DNA of 64,000 nt from the human T2T-CHM13v2.0 reference genome, Homo sapiens (GCF_009914755.1 NC_060927.1); one strand, 5' to 3'; positions 38,788-57,427 are shown, counted from the first letter of the stretch. The notes: a model not told the origin generated them from the letters alone. A program made the numbers and translations.

Positions 38788-41562
38788 CTCACACACATTT
38801 CTAAGTACTCTCAAGGAAAAGAACAAGATGCTCTGAGACTATCTGGGGACAGGGGTGGGGTGGGGGTTAGATTGGGCAGTCGGGACCCTGCCTGAGGAAC
38901 TGACATAGCTACCAAGAGTCTTGTTACTACCCCTCTTCTGGCCCGCAAGTGGGTATTATTTGTGTTCTCTACCAAGTTTAAAAAGTATTTCCGAAAGGTT
39001 TTGCTAACTACTATGGGAGAACGTAAGGTAGGGAAGTAGAGTAAAAGCGGCATAAAGCTGGATAGCCTTATCATGCTCACATTTTTTAGGACCTTGCTTG
39101 AAGCCGACTTGCTTCAAGAGCTCTCCTGCCGTTCTTTGGTCTATAAGAACCTCTGAGGAACCTGTACCTAAGTCACAAAGGATCACTGCCAGGGCTCTTA
39201 CTTCCTGATTTGCAACCTGAGTCTCGTCATAATTATGTTGGCACTGGGATCCAGATTAAAAGAACCAGAGTCCCATTCCCTGCAACCCACCTTGGCCTTT
39301 CCCATCTGTCTCTCATTTCTGTTCTGAGGCATTGCCATCCACAGCTGCTGCCTCCTGCTGCGATAACTGTTATTCAGGGTGTGCTGGCAGGGTTCAGCTG
39401 AGTCTGCATGACCCTCTTTGGGCAATGCTGTAGACCTGTTTCTGTAACATTTGGGACGTTGTACTCAGTGGCCTTTACGATCTTTTCCAATTCCCATTCC
39501 ACAAAGGGATTTAAAAACCAGAGATAATCCTGTTTGTTTACTTGGGTTCTGCTTCAAAGCAGAAGACCTCAATAACCTTTTAAGGTTTTTTCCAGCCTTT
39601 CTAATTTTGAAGTTCCCATTTCTTTGGGCTTTGGTTTAGAAATTCTACCCCTTTCCCAATTTAACTTACAGCTTCACCACCAACTAGTGCTTCCATTTTA
39701 GAGTGTTAGCAGCCAACTCTGCCAGAGTGTCTATGGGTTCCACACACAGCTTGTTTCCCAGTGAATTCCCAGTGAGGTGGTCAAGTCTAAATTTAAACTA
39801 TGACCCTTCTACCAGCATATGCAAGCCAGGGCTGCAAGAGCAAAATCAGAACTGAACTGTTCTCAGTGAGATGTGTGTGTAGGAGTTAGAAGAGAAAGTG
39901 GGCAAGGCTTCCCAAAAGGTAGACCAGCCGCGGGGAAAGAAGAGCAGGAGTTCAGGGTGAGGATAAGTGCAGTTATCCCAAGGGACTGTTGGAGTTTATT
40001 GTAGCATGGCTGGGTCCCTTGGAGAAAGTCAGCCAAACTCACCATCCTCTGTTTCCTCTCATTGTAACATACCAATGGCATAACTCACCTGGGTTTGTCA
40101 TTACCATGGCTTCTTGCCAAGCATTATGGCACTTGTCTCTTATTCCAAAGTCACAGATCCTTGGTTTATGAGATACAATCTGCACATTATGTTATATTGG
40201 TTTCAACTCTTGTTTGGTTGCCTGGCTCACATCTTTATTTGTGTTTTTCTGTATCAATGGGTACGTATTTCAAAGACAGGACAGGGCAGTGGCTATAATT
40301 CTGGTTGTGGAATGGCTTTGCCAAGTCAGGTACTAGAAAGTGAAACTGCAAAGCATAGAAACTGATTTAGTTTGTAACGTTTAACTCATTATGATTTAGT
40401 GACACCTCCAATTTGTATTTATATTTGTGATTAGCATCCTATACCATGAAATTTATATATATATATATGTGATATCATATATGTGACTATATATGTAGGA
40501 CATTTTTAGAGTGGCATCAGATGTGATTCAAATAGAGCAATCTTTATTATTCTGTTTGATTGTGATTGCTAACATATATTTTGGAAGTAGCCTAGAGGCA
40601 GGTTTGGAGAGGCTACCTTGAGTGCATGTGTTTTTCCAAAATGCCCCAGCTCGAAGTAAAGAGGAAAACCAGATTACAAAGCTTCTGAAGCTGGGGTTCT
40701 AGCACTCTCTGAAAGTGCCCAGGGTAGAATCATAAACAGGGCTATGACTAAGAAGGAACATGGGCCAGTTGGCCCTCTTGTGCTCATGCGTCATTTTCTC
40801 TAAGTAAGCTAGAGCTTTTTGTGGGCAATTCTCTGTCTTTAGTTCAGACCTCTAAGAGCCAAGCATGGGTTAGGAGGGTCAGACTGAGTCCCCCTCCTGA
40901 CGTTAGAGCTTACTACATGTATGGCATTAGTCTGGTGACCTAACTTTATGGCAATGTCTTCATCTGCGCACTTGGGGAAATACAGGCATCTATCCCTGAG
41001 GGTGGTTGTGAAGATTCAAGTGAAAAAGTATGTGTGTATCACTTAGGGTAGTTCCTGGCTACCTGGTATATGGAATGCACTCAGTAAGTGTTAGCTTGAG
41101 AACAGCAACATTCTTCCCATTATCAGACATTTCTCTAACTTATAGGGTAATAGCTTTAAATGAGCCATTATGTAGGATGGAAGTAGATTAATGACTATTT
41201 CTCAAAGCTTTTAAGGAAAACAGACTTGTAACCTAGGTCTCAAACTATTGGCCTTTTGCCCAGGTTTTGAGCCCTGGGAGTGTCCGTGTTCAAAACAAGT
41301 TGCTGATCTGGTAGATCCTATGGCTGATTCACGATGACAATTGTTATTAAAAAGAGATGGTCTCCTCCCAGTGTGTTGGATTCTTAAGTAATTCTTCAAC
41401 CAGGTCACTATTAAGGACCTTTATATGTATGTATTAGTTTGTACTATTATCCTGTATTCATGTTCAAAGTTGATGATCTTGGATGTATTCCTTTAGTTTC
41501 TACCATTATCTGCTATGCTGTGGTAAATATTCTGCCTTTTACGGCTCAGAAATTTCTATTCT

Positions 41563-41865
41563 GGCCAGTGTGGTGGCTCATGCCTATAATCCCAGCACTT
41601 TGGGAGGCCAAGGTGGGTGGATTGCTTGAGCCCAGGTGTTTGAGACCAGCCTAGGCAACATGGCGAAACCCCATCTCTAGGAAAAAAAAAATAGCTGGGT
41701 TTGGTGGCACCCACCTGTAGTCCCAGCTACTCAGTAGGCTGAGGGGGGAGTATGGCTTGAGTGTGGGAGGCAGAGATTATAGTGAGCCAAGATCACACCA
41801 CTGCACTCCAGCCTGGACAACATAGCAAGACTCTGTCTCAAAAAAAAAAAAAAAAAGAAAAGAAA
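41563..41865 (+). mobile_element. Alu
   Basis: TSD ~aaatttct(a/g)ttct. Confidence 0.88.
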
Positions 41866-43962
41866 AATTTCTGTTCTGTTGGCAGCAACCCATCAGAGCT
41901 TCTTGTATTCAATAACCATACATACCAGTTTTAGGCAAAAAGAAATGACATTTTGGCTAAATATACTATTGGTTAGATTTATAGTTTGCAGTAGGCTTTT
42001 TCCAATAGTGAAAATCACATATAGACCTTCATGTTCAGTAGGAAGGAAGAAGTCAGAAGTCCCCCAAATTGACTTTCCTTGGTGCTGTCTACCCTGAGTT
42101 AAGTGATATGCCCATCCTTGAGTTAACGATCCACTGAGTGAAATATTTCTCTTATTGTCGGACCTACCCTGGGAGTGGAGACTCAGCAAGGACAGGGTTT
42201 CAACTCACAAAGCTGTGAAATCTGGGGTGCTCCCATGAAGAGAAATGGATGCTGGGGAGATGGATGGGTGCCAGCAGATGTCCTCTATGTCAAGTGTCAA
42301 CCTAGGACCTGTAGTCTAATGAGAAACTATGATGAGTTTAAGAACTGAAATCCCTCTGCCTTCCCTGTTGTACGTGCCCAGAGGACAGAACTACCAGCTC
42401 TTCTAAAGGAGTGAGGGGAATGTGTTCAGGGGAGGCCTTGTGGAAAAGTGACACAGGGCTGGGTCTTAAAGGGTCAGGAGGGATATACTCCATCTAAGTT
42501 AGGCAAAGAAAATGGCACCAGGAAGGACATAGAGACCTGGATAGGAATGGAATATCCATGGTAACGATGAACAGGTGTGTGACTGTAGCATCCTTAGGTC
42601 TTCAGCTTTTGGGAGTCAGCCTATATGTTTCACAAATGACAAAGCTGAGGCTTAGAGAGATTAAATGATTCTCCCAAGAGTACTTAGTTTGTGTGTTCAG
42701 TCCTGGTTTCTTCTCACTTACTCTGCTGGCCCCAGTTAATTCCAGTTTTCGTGGTTTTTTTTTTGTTGTTGTTTTGTTTTGTTTTTGTTTTGTCTTTTAA
42801 TTACTACAGTGGAATCTAGTGCAATTTCACATCATGTGCCTGAAACCATGGGATGGGTTAGCACTTCCAGAAGCAGCCTTTTCTTGTGGGGTATTATTTT
42901 TATTTGCATATGTAAACCCTCTGCCGCCAAAGCTCTTAACACAAGCATTGCCTGGCATACACACACAGACTTTTATACCCTAAATAGCAGAGGCCTGGAA
43001 ATGTTTGTCTACCTTTGCCAGCATCTGACTGTGATTATCTTTAACCACAGTCACACTTGTTTGTCTCCTAAAATAGTATTGACTCTCCGGAGGAGGCTGT
43101 TTCTAGTCTTCAAAGCCCTCCCAGATATCTATCTCCTTCTACCTGCCTCCTCCTGGTAGCCTTGGCAGCCTCTAATTGATTCACTTAATTTTCTTGCTCC
43201 GTATGGCAACACTCCTGAATCCTTCCTTAAAATTCACAGACCTCTCCTTGTGGATTTTACCTCCCGGAGCCCACCTGTTGATTCAGGCAACTGAAGTGTG
43301 GCTCTGCTTGAGATGTTCCTCAGCTATTCTTCCTTCCTGTCCCTGGCTCTCCCTACAGGTCATGCCAATATGCAGGTGTCGACTTCCCCAGAGGATAGTA
43401 GCCCAAAGGCCAAGCTGTGTCTGACCTATAGGGAGAGACCCAGTCAATTTTTGAAATGGAGCATCTCTCCCCACAACTCTCCCACGAGCATGGATATTAA
43501 AAATGTGTGTCCTTGCTTTGAGGTTCTGTCTCAGAGAAAGTCAATATTCCCATATGCTAGTCTATTGGGTTCCTTTGCCTTAAAGTAAAGGTTGCCTCAT
43601 TTTGACTTTGAACTTGATGGGGGCAAAAGGGGGAGAATGAAGGTGTTTTTACCTTATAGTATCTAACTATGCCCTCCCACCTCTCTAGAATAATACATTA
43701 TACCAGGCTAGAAAAACTGCTTCAGATGGAGCCTGGTGATCTTATTTGAGAAGGTCATTCTCAGAGCCATCACTAGGATAAAGAGAGTGAACAACATCAG
43801 CTCACACATGTGATTCTGTGTTGCATGCTTTGGACTTGGATTCTATCACCGAGAGATCCCTTCTCTGAAACAGTTGGGGTGAAACATGGGTGGTAGACCC
43901 AAAACCCCCACAAAGTAAGAACTCTGAACAAATAGATGGTCAGGACTGCTTTCACGTTTTTT

Positions 43963-44098
43963 TTTTTTAAATTTATTATTATACTTTAAGTTTTAGGGTA
44001 CATGTGCACATTGTGCAGGTTAGTTACATATGTATACATGTGCCATGCTGATGCGCGCACCCACTAACTCGTCATCTAGCATTAGGTATATCTCCCAA
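43963..44098 (-). mobile_element. Severely 5'-truncated young L1 (L1PA2-like) 3' end
   Basis: ttattatactttaagttttagggtacatgtgcacattgtgcagg...cccactaactcgtcatctagcattagg. GAG (non-Ta) diagnostic; TSD tgctttca(c/t)gtttttt. Confidence 0.88.
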
Positions 44099-44506
44099 TG
44101 CTTTCATGTTTTTTAAGCTTTCTCTATGCCTTGGATAGTGTATTCTCCAGAGTGAGGATGTGGAAGTTATGCATCGAGCCTGAAAAGAGCCACTCTTGGT
44201 GCTGCTGTTGGACTATATTGCTCTTCCCAAACCACAAAGGTTGTTTCTTTATAACCTTGTGATCATAGAATTGAAAGTTAAGGTGCTTAATGGTGGAAAA
44301 TAGTTTGGGAAACGAAGGTTGGAGATGAGCTCATGAAAGCCCTATAAATATTTTTATGATCCTTAAAATAAATTATTCCACTAAGGGGAATAATAGTGAT
44401 TACTATGTAATTTCCATTCTATTGGGTTAGAATTTTTCAGAGTTTTTCCTGATTCAAAATTTGAACTAGATGTTTTTTAATTTCGTTTAAAATTTTTAAT
44501 TATTAA

Positions 44507-45433
<927 letters not shown>

Positions 45434-46429
45434 TCATCCCACTGTGGTCCTGTATCCAAATGGGGCCCAAAACTGTGTAAGAATATAGACTTTGAAGCTC
45501 CATAGACCTGCCTTGGATATTGGTTCTGTCCCCCTGATTATAGAGCTTTAGTACTGTAGGGGTTTTGGTGTCATATATCTAATAAATATGCATGTACACC
45601 CAGGTTTTTAAGCTGCTGTGCTTCACCCATGGCAGTGTGATTCGTCAAAATAAACAAGAACGGAGTAGCACTTGGATCTGCCTCCATCACCACCCCTTCC
45701 ATTACACGAGTGAAATCCCCTCTATCCCAACACACACATCAAAATGTAATGCTTGCCGCAGCTTTTTGCATCTCTTCCAAGAGGGAGGCTTGATTGGAAA
45801 ACCTACTTCTGATTAACCACCAACTTCACCCTCCTTTATCATTTCAGTCCACTGCTGACTTTCTCTGATTTATCCCCATCATGAATAGCTTAAAGACTTG
45901 ACTTAACATAGTCATGCATCTGTTCAGCAAATTTTATTGAACTTAAGCATACTGAAACTTAAGCTCACAGTTTCAGAAAACACAGAGAGAAATAAAATCA
46001 CATTGATTGGAGTTTGTGTACAAGAGGAATTATACTTCGGGGCAATTATATTGTTCTCATTTGGGGCATTCCTTTGGCCTTGCATGATACTTAGACTGGA
46101 GTGTCTCCTCTCTTAGATGGGAGTCCTCATTGGTGACCCAAAGGACCTTGGAAACTGCCCAAGAGCTAGAGCCCAAAATCTCACATGTCTGACAAGCTCA
46201 GTGCTGGCATAGCTTGCAGCATTCACTTAGCTATGAAAACGCCCAGGCCATGTGATGTGTGGCAAGGCTTCTTCTTAATCCTTTCTTATAGTCCTGTCTC
46301 CTTAAAAATACCATAAATTTGATTTATAAAATATGAGAACCATAAAAGACAAATATAAAGCAGAGGTTCTTTGAAGTTTCTACTTTAAAATGTTTTTCTT
46401 AACGTTAAAGTCAGGTAAATTATATCCAC

Positions 46430-47350
46430 AGATCTCATTATACATAAAAATAAATTTCAGAAGGATTTCAGGCAAATGTAAAGACACTATAAAGGAAGTT
46501 AAAACAAATGATGGACTAGGAGAAAATGCGTGTAACCTGCCTAATAGATAAAAGATTAAGACCCAGAATGTATGAAGAGTTCTTATAAATTAAGAAAAAA
46601 GCTAATTAACCCAATATTTTAAAAAAGGGCAAAAGCGATGAAGATGTAAGACTTTTTAAAAGGCAATAAACTTTTCAAAAGATAACATCTAGTAATCAAA
46701 AATTCAAATAAAAACGATAAGATTATGTTTCACCCTTCAGATTGGCAAAATTATAGGTAAGGCCAAATAGATATTCATCCACTCATGGGAACATAAATTG
46801 ATTCTCTTTCTTCAGGGCCATTTGGCAAAATCTATAAAAATTGAAAATGTGTATGTCTTTTGACTCATCAATACCACTTCTTGTACTGTACCCTAAAGAA
46901 GGTCTCCATTTGTCACAGGATTTCAAGTGATAATTTTTGTAATAGCGAACAAGAACATGGACAGTGACATTGTTTCCAATAGGGGAATGATTGTGGTATA
47001 ATTTTACAGTGGTGTGGTATTCAGCCATCTGAAACAAACAGCAAAATAGAAGATCCAAACATAGGAAGATCTCCCATTTGTTAAATGGGAAAAAATCCAT
47101 ACAGAACCATTCAACGACATAGTATAAACATTGTGCAAGAACAAACTGTGTGTCTATGTGGGTGAATGCATTGAAAATGAGCCAAGATATATACTGAATC
47201 ACTGTGGTTACTTCTAGGTAGCAGAGTAGAATTGATTTGGGTGTGGGGAAGTAACTGGGAGTAAGTTGGGGAGAGATGAACTTTTTACCCTATAATCTTC
47301 TAAAGTATTTTATGAAATTTCATGAGCATGTATTTATGTATGACATACTT
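46430..47350 (+). mobile_element. Ancient L1 (L1ME-like) fragment
   Basis: cataaaaataaatttcag...cccagaatgtatgaagag...ataaattaagaaaaa...gattggcaaaatt...ccatttggcaaaatct. Confidence 0.6.
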
Positions 47351-47440
47351 TTTAAAGTAATACATACTTGTAGCCAATAATTTGGAAGACATAGGAGAAA
47401 ATAAGGAAAATATATCACCCTATAATCCTAGAGACCTTGA

Positions 47441-48120
<680 letters not shown>

Positions 48121-49849
48121 ACAAATTTATACCCTCTCATGCAACCTTTAAATGTTTATTACAAATTCACACACTTTAAGTCTCTAGAATAGATAGTAAA
48201 TTTTTCAAGGGCCATGAAGAGCAGATGAGTCCTCGCTCTGTCTCCTCAGGAAGAGTACTGATAAGTAGAGGGCAGCTGAACCAAGGCCCAAGCACCCAGA
48301 GACTAGTTGCTGGAAGTCAGCGGAGAACTTACAGCATCCTGTCTCCCTTCTTCCCCTCCCTCCTGATAGTCTGTGGACCGTATGTTTTTGCTTCTCCCTA
48401 GCTCAGGTTCTAATTCTGGCTTCTGGGAGCTGCCTTTTCTGCTGCAGGCCTGCCCAAGAGTTGGGAACAAAGACCAGGATTTGCAATGGTGGCCCTCCCC
48501 TGCAGTAATGGCATTTAAAAGTCTGCTTAGAACACATAACTGAATCTTCTGTATTTCCAAGGTTTAAAGGTGAAAGTGCTGGTAAGGATAATCTAGAGTT
48601 GTTCTTCCACTTGACAGATTAGTACATTGAAAGCCAGCAAGATTGGGTTTTACCTAAGATCATGCAGCAAGTTAAGAGTTAAGCTGGAAATCATACGTGG
48701 GGTTCTTTGTGTGGCCCAGTGCTGCTTTTACTGTACTCCTTTTCTTGAGCGCTGGGAGCCTGAGGCCTGGCCTAGCACTGAAGGTACCATGAAAGGTACC
48801 TTAGCAGCATTCAGGCAGCCTGGAACTCTGAGACTTAGCCAAAGGGTCAGCGGACTGAAGAAAGGTCATGTGGGCTTGAGTTTTGTTCATTTATTCAACA
48901 AATATACTGCTTTACAGGTATACATGTGCACACAGCTACACAAAGATTTGGGAAATGTTCTGAAGTGTTAAAGGTCACAAAATAGGTGGATTACAGAAAC
49001 TTTTCTTTTTCCTCAATTTTTTTTTTCCTGTAATGCTTATATATTACTTTTGAAATCCTGACTTTTTAAACTAAGTCCTCCTGTTGGTCTAAGTGTTTTT
49101 ATCTGTTGAGGTCATGGAGTACTTCCTACTTTGGCATAAGAAATGGGTGGGTGATGTTATCAGCCACATAAATCCCCTCTTCCATGTGAGCCTGATAGTT
49201 TGGGGGTCTCTGACCTGAGTTTGTGGAAGTCCTAAGTATGTCATGCAACTCATGTGTTCATGCTTGCCAGACACACCTATGAGTGTATACATGTATTTGC
49301 ACTAGCTAGGATCCTTCTGCATCTGTGACTGATGAGTAGTAGGTTATAAAAGTGGGTAAAGGGCATAGAGCGCTTTAAATCTGCTTAGAAGAGAGACGTG
49401 CATTCTCCCTTTGTTGCTGCCTGGGAAGGAAAATGAGAGTGAATCCATTCCGGCAGATGACTCAAGGCATTGCAGTCTGAGGATGAGGGCTGGCTGTCTT
49501 GCAGGCTTGAGGCCTCACAGCCATTGCTGTATTACAACACAATACTGTTCACTGCCATTTAATAGTCATTACTGTCATTGCCATTTATTGTCATATAATA
49601 AGCTGTCACTATTGGGTTAAGTAAGTATTGTTATCTCAGAGGTGGGTGGTAGTTATCCTCATTTTATAGATGAGTAAACTGAGGTTCAGAAAGGTAAAGA
49701 GGTAGAACTGGAACTCAAATCCCAAGGTCACCTCACTCTACACTTGGCTTCTGTATTCATCCATGCACACAGAAACAGGCATCTTGGCTTCCTTTTTATT
49801 CATTTAATATTTAGAACATATTTACTGAGCACTTTCTATGAAATCTTTT

Positions 49850-51090
49850 TTCCCCAACAAATGTTTATTGAGTGCTTTAGTTCTGTGCTAAGCACTCTTT
49901 TAGCTGCTAGAAGCACAACAATGAACAAAAACAGGGGAAAAAAATTCCCTGCCTTCATGGAGCTTTTAGTGAGGAGAGTAGGAGCAACAAATAAGAAATA
50001 AATTTCATAGTAAGTATTTTTAAATATAGTACATTAATATTAATAGAAATTTGAAATTCAGTCATGCCAACAGATGAGGAGGTGACTGAAAAGATAGTCT
50101 ATTACTCACAGTTCCCCAAGAGGATGGGGCATCCCACACCGGGCCACAGAAGAAAACACTGAAGTTGCATGCAGGCAAAGAGAGAAAAGGAACTAGGGGG
50201 CTGGAGTCTTTAAGAGGTGAGGCAAGGTAAGCAGGTTTAGGACTGGCTAGTTTGAGTAATTGTAGAGGGCTCTGGGGGGACAAGGGGTTGTCCCTAGTTG
50301 TCTGATACCTGGTCCTGGGGTGATTAGGGCAGGTGGATATTGGCCCAAAAATGAAAGCTTGATAAAGAGGGTGGTTGGGGGTGTGGGCTCTGGATTGGTG
50401 GGTTTGCATAGGAAAGGTGTCGCCTCTCTCTAGATATTAACTAACCCTGGGGGGGGCGGCTATCCCTCCAGGATCAGCAATACCCCAGATATCAAAGCAA
50501 ATAATACAGGAAATAAAAAGACATGGTGAATACAATTGGCTTGACTAGGCAGGGTGGCTTACAACTGTAAGCCCAGCACTTTGGGAGGCTGAGGCAGGAG
50601 GATGGCTGGAGCCTAGGAATTTGAGATTAGCCTAGGCAACATAGTAGGACCCCGTCCCTACAAAAAAAAGAAAAGAAAAGAAGAAAAGAAAATTAGCCAG
50701 GTGTGGTGGCGCACACTGTGGTCCCAATTACTGGGAAGCTGTGGTGGGAGGATTGCTTGAGCCTGGGAGATCGAGACTGCAGTGAACCAGGCATGCCACT
50801 GCACTCCAGCCTGGGCAACAGAGTGATACCCTGTCTCAAAAAATAAAGAAACAATACAGTTGGCTAGATGGCAGTAAGTGCTATAGAGAAGGTAACAGGG
50901 CTAGGGAATCAGAGTGGCAGCATGTGGAGGTGGGTGTTGTAGTTCTCAATAGGGTATCAGGGAAGGCTGTGCTGATAAGGCAGCCTTTTAGTAATGACCT
51001 GAAGCAAGAGAGAGAATGGGCTCTGTGGGATCTGGGGAAGGACCGCCTAGGTAGAGAGAGAAGTAACATCAGAGATGGGAGCATTTCTCA
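49850..51090 (-). mobile_element. L2 fragment interrupted by an LTR and an Alu (~50545-50845)
   Basis: caacaaatgtttattgagtg...ccctgccttcatggagctt; resumes taagtgctatagagaa...gacctgaag. Confidence 0.55.
50040..50534 (-). mobile_element. ERVL-class solo LTR (MER74/MER73-like)
   Basis: Reverse complement begins tgtattcaccatgtctttttatttcctgtatt...gctttgatatctggggtattgctgatcctggaggga. Confidence 0.6.
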
Positions 51091-51439
51091 TTGATAATGT
51101 TACCTAAAACTGTGTCAACACACCCTAGACCATAGCAGAAAGAATTAAGTTGAGATACCAGGTGACTTGTTGGTGTGGGAAATATGAGCAGATAGTAAGG
51201 AGGCATAGGATGGCCTTGTATGTGTGAGCTGGATATGGAGTGTTTTGTCCAGAGACCAGATTTGAATATCCTGATGGTTCCTATTCATCCATATGTAGTA
51301 AGCTGTTTCTCCCCATATCTGTTACTCATCACTAGAAGAAAAGGTGATTCTTGGTGCAAAGGTGATTCTAGTTGGAGGGAGATTTATCTGGCTATATAAC
51401 ATAGAGTGGTCAGAAATTAAAGATTGTCAATGAAAATGA

Positions 51440-52665
<1,226 letters not shown>

Positions 52666-54025
52666 TAAAGTAGTATCTTCAAATATAAAATGTTATATAA
52701 ATCGAGCCTATGGGATCCCCACTTAAATAATACAAGAGACATTATAATGATGCAAGGTCTAGGCAAGCTCCAGGAAAAGGGCATTCTTATGGAAATAGTC
52801 TGATTGAGTATTTTCTCTGCAAAGGATATCTGCAGGGATGCCTGTAGTACTGGTGACATTCCATACCAATCATTGCTGATCATGGAGCCAGGGGTTTTAG
52901 CTATAGTAAAGGAAAAGTGGCCTTGCCACCATTAGGCAAGCAAGGCAGAGTAGCAATCTTTGGGCCTTTGGTCCCAGATGTATAGTATTTGGCAGCAGAG
53001 TGGTTGCCTCCTTTAAAAAAAAAATATGTCTTACACTCCCCAGCAGATTTACACTTCCCAGTTTGACACAGCCCATACCTCTCCTGATTGTTCCGTGTCC
53101 ATCTTTTCATGTTTGCCTTATCCGTTGGTCTCTGAAGACATCTGAGCTTTGACTCTTGCCCTAGGTGAATAAGTGCCCCTTTCTCTAGCAGCTTAGTGGG
53201 TACATTGGATGTTTTTCCTGATTGAAGGAAAGTTGAAATACTGCTAGTAAGTCTCAGGATTAGGCTCATGGCAACAGGGCAAGATATCAGTTTGTTTTAT
53301 CTGCCCAAAGGCAGGGGATGCTTGCTAAAGGGAGTTTCTGGTCCCAATTATGCAAATAACCTACATGTTATAATTGGGAAGTGATCTGTCCAGGGTCTTG
53401 TGTCATCTTTCAAATCCAGCCTCTCTACCCAGCTCTTGAGTTGAAGGCTTATTACTTGCTACAACAGTTAGGTAACCTAAATCAGTGTTTTCTAAACTAG
53501 AAGCCAACATTTGAGCTTCTAAGGTTCTCACTGATCTATTCTCTCATCACCTACTTGCCATTTCTCCTGCCTTTAATGTTGTTAAATTTGATTCATGAGA
53601 CTGGAAGTGCCTCACTGTCTACTAGGGTCCTAGAATTCTGTTTCCATTCTTCAGCCTGTGGCCTTTCCAGCTGGTCAGCTCCCATACTCAAGACTCAAGA
53701 GCAGCCAGTGTTCTATGTCCTGATGATCTTTCTGTATTTATTAGTAACATATTTGGGTAGTTACAGAGCCAGCCTGGATTTATGTCTCCCCAAAAACCTC
53801 CAACACCATTTTCAGTGACAATTTGAGATCTATAGAAGAGACTCATGGGTTGAGTATAAACCTGGCCTCAGACTAGCTTTCAGAATCCTCACTTGGGAAT
53901 CTCTGTTTCACGTGAAAACTTCAACTGGATGGATTTTGTGTGCCCACAAAGGCTAAAATGAACTTTAAATAGAATGTTAAAGCATAGCTTATAAAATGTT
54001 AACAAAACCTAGTTCTAGTCTTTAG

Positions 54026-54682
<657 letters not shown>

Positions 54683-54949
54683 ACCACCTTCATTATACAC
54701 TGTTCAGTCTGTCTTCAATGGAGTAGAAAATTAGCCTCTTCTCATGTTTGTGATCAGGAAATTGTTTCATGAATGGAATTGAGTATTTTACATGGGAATT
54801 ATGTTCAAACATTACTTATAGTTAATTTGTCACATATATGACCAGGGTTAGGCAAGCCAAAATTATATCAGAGTTTTAAAACAGCTGGGCTAAGTGAGTA
54901 TGCAGTTTTACCTGGTGGATTAGAACACTGTCCCAGTGACAGACACTAG

Positions 54950-55475
54950 GGGATCAAAGTTAACATAACTATAGTCTAATCAAATCAATATTGTATGCCT
55001 CCTGATTTGATGCATCATTTTTGGGATATTCCTACCAAAAACACACACCTTAAATGTAATCATAAGGAAATACATGGCAAACCAAATGAGGGACATTCTA
55101 CAAAATAACTACCCTGTACTTATAAAAGATGTGCAGATCATAAAAGACATGATCTTTCTCTATGAAGGACATTATTGGAATAACTGTCAATATTTGAAAA
55201 AAACAGGATATCACTGTTAAATTTCTGATTTTGCTTATTGTCCTATGGTTATATAAGAGATGTCCTTGTTTTAAGGAAACCTATACTAAAGTATCTGGGA
55301 ATAAAGGGGAATCTTCTCTGTAACTTATTCTCAGTTTGGAAAGAGAAAGATGAAAAAGCTAAGGGCAAAATGTTAACATTGGAGGAATCTGAGTAAAGAG
55401 TATATAGGAATTATTTGTACTAGTCGTGTAACCTTTCTCTAAATCTGAAATTATGTCAAAATAAAAAGTTTTAAA
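54950..55475 (+). mobile_element. Old L1 3' fragment (L1MC-like)
   Basis: gagggacattctacaaaataact...aaggacattattggaataact...aaatctgaaattatgtcaaaataaaaag. Confidence 0.65.
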
Positions 55476-56494
55476 GAACTGGTGCCAGTGGGATCATACT
55501 GGCGAATCCGGTTGCAGGGTGGGCCAGGCAGTTCATTTTCCTAGCCGTGTGTATCTTTAGTGTGGAATCTGTGCTCCCGGTAGCAAGGAGGCCAGAGAGG
55601 AGAACCACAGAGAGACTTTTGCGGGAAGAGCACAGACTTGGAAAGTGTAGGATGAAACACTGAGCTTGGTCAGGAGGCTTAGACTGAACTCAATCTTGTC
55701 TACTGCTTTTTCCTAAGCCAGGTAGTGAAGACCTAGAAGAAAACCCACTTGGCACAGGTGGTTGGGAGAAGGAGGATCAGATTAAGACTGTAGAGCCTCC
55801 TATTACATTAAGTCCAAGAGACCCTAAGCCTTCACACTTTCTTTCCTGTTCCACCCAAAAATACAGTTTACCAAAAAAGGACACTGCAAACAAGCAGTCT
55901 TTGACCTCTAGCCACCTGTTACTTCCTCCATATATGCAGTTTCCTCTTCTTGCTTCTTCTCTCAGGTTTCCTAGGAGAATTTCCATTGTGACATTTTCAG
56001 TTAAGTAGCACTTAATTACAGTCTTAAACTTTCCAGAGCCACCCTGCTTAACTCTTCCCCCCAGCCTCTATAATTAAGCCTGTTGCAGTTACCTTTGGTT
56101 AAGGTTACTACTGAAGGGCACATTGTGAGTTGAATCCAGGCCAGGCTTCCCACTGGCTTCTGGGTATACTTGATGTGATAGTACATAAGCCTAAAATAAC
56201 TCGGCTAGACTGCAACTTAGCTCCTACTTTGGCATTCATAACAGGTTTTGAGTTTGACTGACTACCTTGCTGTCAGAATACCATCTCCAGGAGTCTCACT
56301 CACCCTTTTTCTTCCAGATCTAGGGAATAATAGCCAAGCTCAATGAAATTTGGTAAATGCTCTATGTTCCCTCTGGGGTCATCATCTACATTAGCATATT
56401 AGAGGTTCCCAGAAGTCTTGCAGTAAAGAAAAAGGTGGCTTTCTTAACTCATCTTTAATTGACTGGGCAGCACTTAGAACTTCTTAAGGAACTG

Positions 56495-56836
<342 letters not shown>

Positions 56837-56858
56837 TTAATGACCAAAGAATTTGTGT

Positions 56859-57145
56859 TGGCTGGGCGTGGTGGCTCACGTCTGTAATCCTAGCACTTTG
56901 GGAGGCTGAGGCAGGTGGATCACTTGAGATCAGGAGTTTGAGGCCAATCTGGGCAGCACGGTGAAACCCTGTCTCTACAAAAAATTTAAAAAAATTAGCT
57001 GGGCATGGTGGCATGAGGCTATAGTCTCAGCTACTCAGAAGGCTGAGGTGGGAGGATCACCTGAGCCCAGGAGGTTGAGGCTGCAGTGAACTGTCATTGA
57101 GCCACTGCACTCCAGCCTGGGTGACAGAGTGAGACCCTGTCTCAC
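56859..57145 (+). mobile_element. AluJ/S
   Basis: TSD aaagaatttgtg. Confidence 0.88.
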
Positions 57146-57427
57146 ACAAATGAACAAAGAATTTGTGCTGGCAATGCAAAGATGGAGGAGACCTCCTCTC
57201 AAGGACTTTGCTCAGTGAGGGAAAATATGTAAACAAGCATTTATCAGTGCCAAACAAATAGCACAAAAAGGTATTCAGAGCAAAAGGAGAACATGCTGGG
57301 CTTACAACGAAGAAGTCCTTGGTAAGCTTCAGAAAAGCAGAAAAGCTAAAGGGTGTATAAGCAGGGAAGAATGCAACATAGTACAGTGAACTGAAAAATT
57401 AGACTAAAGTGAAGGGTTCTTATAGGA

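Noticed and set aside
50858-50877. CTCF-like ggctagatggcag (also ctagcaggtggca at ~23936)
   Set aside because: Lack the 5' CC core and lie in repeat-derived sequence.
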